A DNA stretch of 36,752 nucleotides from Actinomycetes bacterium (GTDB lineage: Bacteria > Actinomycetota > Humimicrobiia > JAHJRV01), in assembly GCA_030640275.1 (NCBI GenBank), contig DAOWJR010000067.1:1-36752 (forward strand), in the 5' to 3' direction. Positions 1 through 7,186 of the stretch are shown here, piece by piece (position 1 is the first letter of the stretch; each line of letters begins with the position of its first letter). Below the pieces are notes generated by a model. That model saw nothing but the letters and a program-made list of their open reading frames with translations, did not search any database and was not told where the DNA came from. The translations under genes and the position numbers were made by a program.

Positions 1-679
1 AAAAGAAGTGATATTAGATCTAAAGAAAGCTATTAATTCTGGTGTAAATCAAGTTACCCTCTATCCACTTTTTACTTTTCCTTATACTATGGCTGGAAAA
101 TATCTTAAGCTTAAGAGACTTAAGATGCCAAATATATTTATAAGAAGAAGAATGTATCGAGAAATACACGATTTTTGTCTTAGTAATGGCTTTAAACGTG
201 TATCTGTCTGGGGATTTAAACGTGGTGCTATTCCGAGATATTCATCTGTTACTAGAGACAATTACATCGGTTTTGGTGCTGGTGCTGGTTCACATATCCC
301 TGGAATATTTTATTTAAATACATTTTCGGTTAAAGAATATATTAAAACATGTTTAGACAATAGATTACCAGTAGCATTAAAAATGGATTTTATAGAATCA
401 CTGACTAAATATTACTGGCTTTATTGGCGATTATATGACACATATATTCCCAAAAAGCAACTCTTTAAACTTTTTGGTAAAAAAGATAAAAATATTCAAT
501 TACTATTATGGTTGATTAGAACATTAAAATTAGGTGAAGAAGATACAGAAAAAGTTTGCTTATCTGAAAGAGGTGCTTTTTGGCTTCATCTGATGCAAAA
601 TTACTTTGTGCTCAACTACATTAATAAAGTATGGTCTATTGCAATGAAAGAACCATGGCCAAATGAGATCAAAATATAA
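1..679 (+). CDS. Radical SAM HemN/HemW-like (oxygen-independent coproporphyrinogen-III oxidase family) protein. Only the C-terminal part is present; the 5' end lies outside the window.
   Basis: The frame is open to the window edge upstream of the GTG at 8. Motifs: NQVTLYPL, YIGFGAGAGSH and a HemN_C-like tail (YWLYWRLYD..., ERGAFWLHLMQNYF). Confidence 0.6.
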   Translation, partial: KEVILDLKKAINSGVNQVTLYPLFTFPYTMAGKYLKLKRLKMPNIFIRRRMYREIHDFCLSNGFKRVSVWGFKRGAIPRYSSVTRDNYIGFGAGAGSHIPGIFYLNTFSVKEYIKTCLDNRLPVALKMDFIESLTKYYWLYWRLYDTYIPKKQLFKLFGKKDKNIQLLLWLIRTLKLGEEDTEKVCLSERGAFWLHLMQNYFVLNYINKVWSIAMKEPWPNEIKI

Positions 680-791
680 TATATTAAATTTTAATCTTTT
701 TTCAGTTATTTTAATTATTTTTTATTTATAATATTAACTTATAAATTGAAAAATTCATTTTAAAAGATTAATTATTTTTAGGAGATCTATT

Positions 792-2948
792 ATGTTCAAA
801 AAAGTTTTAAGGTGTATAGATGAGGAATTTTCGGGTGATAGGGCAAAACAATTTGTAGGTAAAATAATGAGCTATCATAGAATTCAGGCAACTCCTGGTT
901 TTCGTGAAGCTGCTAAGTATTGTCAAAAGGTTCTATTTAAATTTGGCTTAAAGTCTGAAATATTAACTTACCCAGCTGATTGTAAGAGTAAATATTGGTC
1001 TTTAAATTCCTTCGAAGAATGGGATGCATCAGAAGCAACTCTTCATATTATTAAACCTGAAAAACATAGAAAGAAATTAGCTGATTTTAATGACTTAAAA
1101 ATATCTCTAATTCAAAGAAGCGCTCCAACTGAAAGTGAAGCTGAAGTCGTAGTTCTTGAGGATGGCGAGGATTCATCTGAATATGAAAATGTTGATGTAA
1201 AGGGAAAGATAGTTTTAACAAGGGGTGATTTAAGAAGAGTTTATGACTTAGCAGTTGAAAAATTTGGAGCAATAGGCATTATATTTGATGGTATGAAAGA
1301 AGTTAAACCTATTCGACATCGTATGGATATACCTGATGCAGTTCAATATAGCTCATTTTGGTGGACAAAAAATGATAGAAAATGCTTTGGATTTGTACTT
1401 TCTCCAAAAGAAGGAGAGAGACTGAGAAAATTAATTAAAGAAAGAATTAAAAATAATGAACTACCGATAAGGGTCAAAGCCAAGGTAAATAGTAAATTTT
1501 ATGAAGGAAATTTCGAAGTTGTTTCTGCGATTGTTCCTGGAGAAACAGATGAAGAAATAATTATTATATCTCATCTCTGTCATCCACAAGGAACAGCAAA
1601 TGATAATGCTTCAGGAAGTGCTACTAATTTAGAGATTGCAAGAACCATTAACAAATTAATTAATGATGGAAAACTTCAAAAACCTAAAAGAAGTATCAGA
1701 TTTCTCTGGGTTCCAGAGATGACAGGTACATTTGCTTTTTTAGCTACTCAAGAAGAAAGAATTCCAAAAATGATAGCTGCAATTAATTTAGATATGGTTG
1801 GTGAAAATCAGGATATTTGTAAAAGTTCTTTTCTTGTTGAGAGAACACCTGATTCAAATAGTAGTTTTGTAAATGATTTGGTGGGAAGAATAAGAGATGA
1901 GTTTACTAAAGATACTAAAAATCCATTTGGAGCTGGAAGATTTGCTTCTTTTAAATATGCAACTACCTCATTTTCAGGGGGAAGCGATCATTATATACTT
2001 TCTGATCCAACAGTAGGAATTTCATGTCCAATGCTTATTCAGTGGCCAGACAAATTTTATCACACAAGTTTGGATACTTTAGAAAAAGTTGATCCTGAAA
2101 TGTTAAGAAGGATAGGTATTATTGCTGCTACGTATAGTTATTTTTTGGCAAATGCAGGTGAAGAAGAAACAGTGTGGTTAGCCAATGAAATGTTATCTAA
2201 GTCTAAAAGAAAAATTTTAAAATTCATCCAGGAGAAAATTACTGAGGTTTCATCTATTAAAGATTCAAAGAAGTTCAAAGTAGAATCAAAGCATAAGAAG
2301 ATTGCAGCAGACAAAATCTCAAAGAAAATAAAAAATGAAGAAATAATAAAAAGTATTGTTATTAAAGTAATAAATGCAGAGAAAAAACTTAAATATTTCA
2401 TTAATTGCCAAAAAAATGCTTTTACTTCTCTAAAAAAATTATCTCCTATTAAAGTTGATAAATATAATAAAGAAATTGAAGAATTTACTATAAAGGAATT
2501 TGATAAAGCTAAAATAACAGTTTTCAAAGAATTAGGTTTTAATGAGAACGATATAACAAAATTATACGAGAGTCTAAATGAAGAATCAATAAAAAAGAAA
2601 GTCTTGATCAGGGAATTTGAAGATAAAAATGCACAAAAATGGGAGGAAATTGCTGGCAAAACTATTGTAAAAAGATTATACAAAGGACCAATATCGGAGA
2701 CATCAATTCTTGATAGATTAAGCAAGGAGCAGAAAGAAAAAATTTATACTCTTAAGAAAGAAAATAAAGAAGTGTTTTCTTTATTGAGAACCCTTTCTCT
2801 TTATTGGGCAGATGGTAAAAAAAAATTATCAGAAATCTCAGATCTTGTTGAATTGGAATCAGGTTTAAGAAATACAGAATTTTTAGTCAAATATTTTGAT
2901 TTTCTATCTAAATGTAAATTAATAAAATCAAAAATTGTAAAAAGTTAA
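792..2948 (+). CDS. M28-family aminopeptidase-like protein (DUF4910-type) with a long Lys/Glu-rich internal segment
   Basis: GGAG SD 8 nt upstream of the ATG. Metallopeptidase-like motifs SHLCHPQGTANDNASGSA, NLDMVGE and GGSDHY. The C-terminal ~70 aa (LSLYWADGKKKLSEISDLVELESG...) resembles the winged-helix tail of DUF4910 proteins. Confidence 0.6.
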   Translation: MFKKVLRCIDEEFSGDRAKQFVGKIMSYHRIQATPGFREAAKYCQKVLFKFGLKSEILTYPADCKSKYWSLNSFEEWDASEATLHIIKPEKHRKKLADFNDLKISLIQRSAPTESEAEVVVLEDGEDSSEYENVDVKGKIVLTRGDLRRVYDLAVEKFGAIGIIFDGMKEVKPIRHRMDIPDAVQYSSFWWTKNDRKCFGFVLSPKEGERLRKLIKERIKNNELPIRVKAKVNSKFYEGNFEVVSAIVPGETDEEIIIISHLCHPQGTANDNASGSATNLEIARTINKLINDGKLQKPKRSIRFLWVPEMTGTFAFLATQEERIPKMIAAINLDMVGENQDICKSSFLVERTPDSNSSFVNDLVGRIRDEFTKDTKNPFGAGRFASFKYATTSFSGGSDHYILSDPTVGISCPMLIQWPDKFYHTSLDTLEKVDPEMLRRIGIIAATYSYFLANAGEEETVWLANEMLSKSKRKILKFIQEKITEVSSIKDSKKFKVESKHKKIAADKISKKIKNEEIIKSIVIKVINAEKKLKYFINCQKNAFTSLKKLSPIKVDKYNKEIEEFTIKEFDKAKITVFKELGFNENDITKLYESLNEESIKKKVLIREFEDKNAQKWEEIAGKTIVKRLYKGPISETSILDRLSKEQKEKIYTLKKENKEVFSLLRTLSLYWADGKKKLSEISDLVELESGLRNTEFLVKYFDFLSKCKLIKSKIVKS

Positions 2949-3685
2949 ACTCCTATTCTTTTATATCTTTTAATGTATCTTTTTGGATTTTTTGGAAGTA
3001 TTATTGTTAGTATTATTCCCATTAAAAAACCACCAATATGTGCAAACCAACCAACATTTCCTAAAAGTCCTGGATAAGCTAAAGAACTCATTCCATAAAC
3101 TAATTGATATATAAACCATAAAACTATAAAAATTAATGCAGGTATTTTAGTTATTGTAAAATATAAAAGTACTTTGATATAGGATTTCCAATAAAGTAAT
3201 AAATATGCAGCCATAACTCCAGAAATTGCACCACTTGCACCAATGATCGGTTGTGAACTTTGTGGGTAAAAGAGAGTATGTCCTAATATAGCAGCTATTC
3301 CGCAAAGAAAATAAAAAAATAGAAATTTTAAGTGACCGAAAGCATCTTCAATATTATCCCCAAATATCCATAAAAACCATATATTAAATAATAGATGTAA
3401 AAAACCTCCATGCAAAAACATAGATGAAAGCATAGTAATAATTGGCATAGGGGAGGGTAGTAAAGCTAAGGATGAGGGTGAGAATCCCCATTTATTAATA
3501 AAATTCTGAAGATTCGGTGTACTTAAGCGTATCCAAAAATGAAGAATAATATTAACTACAATAATTAAAAAAGTTAAAAATGGTTTAACTCTTGTTGGAT
3601 AATCATCTGATATGGGAATAACCACTTTTTTTTCTTCCTTTTTAATAAAATAATTTAGAGAGTTCGTAAAGTTCTTTATCCACAT
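2945..3685 (-). CDS. Rhomboid family intramembrane serine protease
   Basis: Motifs: FLHGGFLHLLFNIWFLW (HxxxN), catalytic GASGAISGV and HIGGFLMG histidine, with multiple TM helices. The 5' end overlaps the pfk 3' end by 44 nt. Confidence 0.85.
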   Translation of the reverse strand: MWIKNFTNSLNYFIKKEEKKVVIPISDDYPTRVKPFLTFLIIVVNIILHFWIRLSTPNLQNFINKWGFSPSSLALLPSPMPIITMLSSMFLHGGFLHLLFNIWFLWIFGDNIEDAFGHLKFLFFYFLCGIAAILGHTLFYPQSSQPIIGASGAISGVMAAYLLLYWKSYIKVLLYFTITKIPALIFIVLWFIYQLVYGMSSLAYPGLLGNVGWFAHIGGFLMGIILTIILPKNPKRYIKRYKRIGV

Positions 3686-4673
3686 ATTTTATTTGTTTTA
3701 CTGCTTCTTCAATAGAAATATCCATTATTTTAGTTCCTCTTAAAACAACCATTCTATTGAATTTTTCCTCTTTTGCTAAATCTACAGCCGCTGCTCCTAA
3801 TTTTAATGCAAGGATTCTATCAAATGCTGTTGGCTTTCCGCCTCTTTGAAGGTGACCTAATATCACATCCCTTGTTTCAAATCCAGCTTCTTTCAATCTA
3901 TTTCTTATAATCTTACCCATTCCACCCAGCATAACATGTCCAAATTCATCTACTTCTTTACTTTTTATAATTTGTTCAGCTTCTATAGATGGTTTTGCAC
4001 CTTCCGCAACTACTACTATAGAGAAATTTTTTCCTCTGTTTTTTCTTTCCTCAATTCTATTTATTATTTCATCAAAATCAAATTCAAATTCTGGTATTAA
4101 GATAACATCAGCTCCCCCAGCTAAACCAGCAAGTATTGCTATCCAACCAGTATTTCTTCCCATGACTTCTAATACCATTACTCTGTGATGAGAAGTGGCT
4201 GTTGAATGAAGTTTATCAATAGCATCAGTTGCAAATGATAGAGCAGTATCAAAACCAATAGTATAATCTGTCCCAGATATATCATTATCTATAGTTTTTG
4301 GTACACCAACACACTTTATACCTTCTTCATTTAATTTGTAAGATACTGAATTAGTATCCTCACCGCCAAGAGTTATAAGGCAATCCAATTTGAATTTTTT
4401 TATGTTATCGAGAACTTTTTTCACTCCGCCTTCTTTTTTATAAGGATTGGTTCTTGAAGTTCCCAGAAAAGTTCCCCCAATATGTAATATTCCTGAGATT
4501 GAATCAAGTTCTAATTTCTCAATATCTCCCTCAATAAGACCCAACCATCCATTTTTAATTCCATATACCTCATATCCATATTTAAGGGCTTTTCTTACAA
4601 TTGCTCTAATTGCAGCATTTAAACCTGGTGCATCTCCTCCTCCTGTAAGCACACCTATTCTTTTAATAGCCAT
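3642..4673 (-). CDS. pfkA: 6-phosphofructokinase. Residue signature suggests the PPi-dependent type.
   Basis: Motifs: MAIKRIGVLTGGGDAPGLNA, GGEDT, PKTIDNDI, MGR, HLQRGG. Confidence 0.9.
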   Translation of the reverse strand: MAIKRIGVLTGGGDAPGLNAAIRAIVRKALKYGYEVYGIKNGWLGLIEGDIEKLELDSISGILHIGGTFLGTSRTNPYKKEGGVKKVLDNIKKFKLDCLITLGGEDTNSVSYKLNEEGIKCVGVPKTIDNDISGTDYTIGFDTALSFATDAIDKLHSTATSHHRVMVLEVMGRNTGWIAILAGLAGGADVILIPEFEFDFDEIINRIEERKNRGKNFSIVVVAEGAKPSIEAEQIIKSKEVDEFGHVMLGGMGKIIRNRLKEAGFETRDVILGHLQRGGKPTAFDRILALKLGAAAVDLAKEEKFNRMVVLRGTKIMDISIEEAVKQIKYVDKELYELSKLFY

Positions 4674-4720
4674 TTTTAACCCCCTTATTTATTTTTCCAA
4701 AAGTTCTATTAAGATTTATA

Positions 4721-6796
4721 TTATTCTTTTTCTTTTTTGGATTCTTCTATTATTTTTTCCTGTATATGAGGTTGTACTTCTTCATAATGTAATAAATTCA
4801 TATAAAAGCTTCCTCTTCCTCTTGCTATTGATCTTAAATCTTTTGAATAGTTAAACATCTCTGCTTGTGGAACTAAAGCTTTTATTTTTTTAATATTTTT
4901 TTCAGATTCTATACCTAAAATCTTTCCTCTCTTCGAGTTAAGGTCACCCATAATATCACCAACATATTCATCGGGAACTTCAACTTCAACTTCCATAATA
5001 GGCTCAATAAGAACAGGATCACCCTCAAGAACACCCTTTCTGAAAGCCATAGCAGATGCAATTTTAAATGCTATCTCAGATGAATCTACTGAGTGATATG
5101 ATCCATCATACAGATTAACATGGATATCAGTAACTGGATATCCAGCTACTGCACCTTCCTGTAATGCAGACCTTACTCCCTTTTCAACTCCGGGAACATA
5201 ACCTTTTGGTATTGCCCCACCAAAAATAGATTCTATAAACTCAAATCCAGTTCCTCTTTCAAGTGGTTTCATCTCTAACCAAACATGACCATATTGACCT
5301 CTTCCACCAGATTGTTTCTTATATTTTCCTTCTACTTTAACTGCTTTTCTTATAGTTTCCTTATAAGCTACTTTAGGTTTTATTAACTTTACTCCAACTC
5401 CGAACTTTCGACTCAATTTATCTATTATCACTGAAAGATGAACATCTCCCATTCCATAAATTAAATGCTGTTTTGTTTCAAAATTCATTTTGTGAGAGAA
5501 TGTGGGATCTTCTTCCATTAACTTATTAAGTCCGTTTGATATTTTCTCCTCATCGCCCTTTTTTAATGATTCAATAGCAGAATTTTCCATGGAAGGAGGA
5601 TAGTTAACTTTGGCAAGTATTATTGGATTTTTTGAGTCACAGAGAGTATCTCCTGTAGAGATATACTCCAATTTTGATACCGCAACAAAGTCTCCAATAC
5701 AAGCTTTATCTATTTGTGTCTGAGTCTTACCTTTTGTAATGTATATATTACTAAGTTTTACACTCTTTTTATTACTTGCATTAAAAACAACAGAATTGGA
5801 CTTTATTTCACCAGTGTAAATTCTGAACATAGATAATTTTCCTACAAATGGATCAACCATAGTTTTATAAACGTATGCTAAAAACGATGATTTGGTCGAA
5901 GGTTCTATTTCTTTATCCTCTTTTGTTTTAGGGTCTTTACCTGGTATTTTTGCAATTTCTAAAGGTGAGGGGAGAAGATCAATTATCATATCTAATATCG
6001 GTTCTGTGCCTATGTTTTTTAATCCTGAACTACAAGTAACAGGAAATATTTTTCTATTTTTTACAGCACTTCTTAATGCCTCTTTAAGTTCATCTTGAGA
6101 AAGTTCTTCACCATCAAGATATTTCATAAGCATCTCATCATTAGTCTCTACAATTGTTTCAATTAAATTCTCTCTAAGACTTTTTAGCTTTTCTATCATC
6201 TCCTCAGGAATTTCTGTATCCTTAATTTTTTTCTCAGATTCATATATGAATGCTTTTTGTTCTAATAAATTTACCCATCCTTTAAAATCATCTTCTTTTC
6301 CTATTGGTAGATTTAGTGCAACTACCTGTGACCCATAGATATTTCTTAACTGATCCAAAACTTTATAAAAATCAGCACTTTCTCTATCCATTTTGTTAAT
6401 AGTAATAATTATTGGAATTTTTAATTCTTCACAGTAAGTCCAGATTTTCTCAGTTCCAACCTCAACACCAACAATAGAATCACATAGAAGGACAACTCCA
6501 TCACATACTCTAAGTGAGTTTAGAAGCTCTCCCACAAAGTCTAAATATCCAGGTGTATCTAAAATATTGATCTTGTGGTCTTTCAAATTACATGGAGCAA
6601 TAGAAGTACCTATACTTATGGTTCTCTTAATCTCCTCAGGTTCAAAATCTGTTGTAGTTGTTCCTTTTTCAACACTACCTCTTCTATTTATTTCATCACA
6701 ATTAAACAAAATTGATTCTACTAGTGATGTTTTTCCAGTTCCACTATGACCAACAATGCTAACATTTCTAATATTTTCAGGATTAGTAATTTTCAT
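4721..6796 (-). CDS. fusA: Elongation factor G paralog (EF-G2-like translational GTPase)
   Basis: G1 GHSGTGKTS, G3 DTPGYLDF, G4 NKMD. The EF-G domain IV/V region is present (GDVHLSV, HSVDSSE). An in-frame TAA sits directly upstream of the ATG. The gene is not in an rpsL-rpsG-fusA-tuf context. Confidence 0.9.
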   Translation of the reverse strand: MKITNPENIRNVSIVGHSGTGKTSLVESILFNCDEINRRGSVEKGTTTTDFEPEEIKRTISIGTSIAPCNLKDHKINILDTPGYLDFVGELLNSLRVCDGVVLLCDSIVGVEVGTEKIWTYCEELKIPIIITINKMDRESADFYKVLDQLRNIYGSQVVALNLPIGKEDDFKGWVNLLEQKAFIYESEKKIKDTEIPEEMIEKLKSLRENLIETIVETNDEMLMKYLDGEELSQDELKEALRSAVKNRKIFPVTCSSGLKNIGTEPILDMIIDLLPSPLEIAKIPGKDPKTKEDKEIEPSTKSSFLAYVYKTMVDPFVGKLSMFRIYTGEIKSNSVVFNASNKKSVKLSNIYITKGKTQTQIDKACIGDFVAVSKLEYISTGDTLCDSKNPIILAKVNYPPSMENSAIESLKKGDEEKISNGLNKLMEEDPTFSHKMNFETKQHLIYGMGDVHLSVIIDKLSRKFGVGVKLIKPKVAYKETIRKAVKVEGKYKKQSGGRGQYGHVWLEMKPLERGTGFEFIESIFGGAIPKGYVPGVEKGVRSALQEGAVAGYPVTDIHVNLYDGSYHSVDSSEIAFKIASAMAFRKGVLEGDPVLIEPIMEVEVEVPDEYVGDIMGDLNSKRGKILGIESEKNIKKIKALVPQAEMFNYSKDLRSIARGRGSFYMNLLHYEEVQPHIQEKIIEESKKEKE

Positions 6797-6855
6797 TTAA
6801 AATATGACTCTAAAATCCCTTTGCTAAGATGGGTAATAAGAGTCATCCTCCTTTC
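6797..6855 (-). promoter_or_regulatory. 5' leader of the EF-G paralog: strong SD (AAAGGAGG) separated from the AUG by a perfect 8-bp-stem hairpin
   Basis: On the mRNA strand: GAAAGGAGG-AUGACUCU-(27 nt)-AGAGUCAU-AUUUUAA-AUG. The arms are at 6804..6811 and 6839..6846. There is no SD within ~15 nt of the AUG. Confidence 0.35.
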
Positions 6856-7065
6856 TATTTATTATTTACTTTTTATTTTTTAATTATCTCATATATTTGA
6901 TAATTTATTTTAAGTTATCTCAATTTTTTTTATAATATTTGAAAGGAGTATTTTAATGACCCATTCAAATTTTCAAAGAACAATTTTACAGAAAATATAA
7001 CACAGTCCCATTTAAATTCTTATAAAATAAGTTAATTTACAAGTAAATGATAATATTAAAAATAA

Positions 7066-7094
7066 TTGACAAAGCAAACATATGTTTGTATAAT
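7066..7094 (+). promoter_or_regulatory. Consensus sigma70-type promoter upstream of tnpB
   Basis: TTGACA (7066..7071), a 17-nt spacer, then TATAAT (7089..7094). The spacer contains the 14-bp palindrome CAAACATATGTTTG (7075..7088). Confidence 0.55.
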
Positions 7095-7186
7095 ATTAAT
7101 AATTTAATAGTTATTTTAAGAAAATTTTCTGTTTCTTATGTAATGATAAATTATTATAACTAAAGTCAAGGCAAACAAAAAGAAAA

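Noticed and set aside
2138-2725. 195-aa ORF on the minus strand
   Set aside because: It lies antisense to the Lys/Glu-rich (AAR/GAR) segment of the peptidase. The product is low-complexity and Phe/Leu/Ser-rich, with no SD or recognisable motifs. This is a typical shadow ORF.
4447-4854. 135-aa ORF on the plus strand spanning the pfk/EF-G junction
   Set aside because: It is antisense to two strongly supported genes, with no SD and no recognisable motifs.
7002-7009. ACAGTCCC at 7002..7009 is the reverse complement of GGGACTGT at 8263..8270, a possible terminal inverted repeat of the tnpB element
   Set aside because: It is only 8 nt. IS200/IS605 elements do not use terminal inverted repeats, and the right copy lies inside the coding/omega-RNA region rather than at an end. 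It is probably chance.
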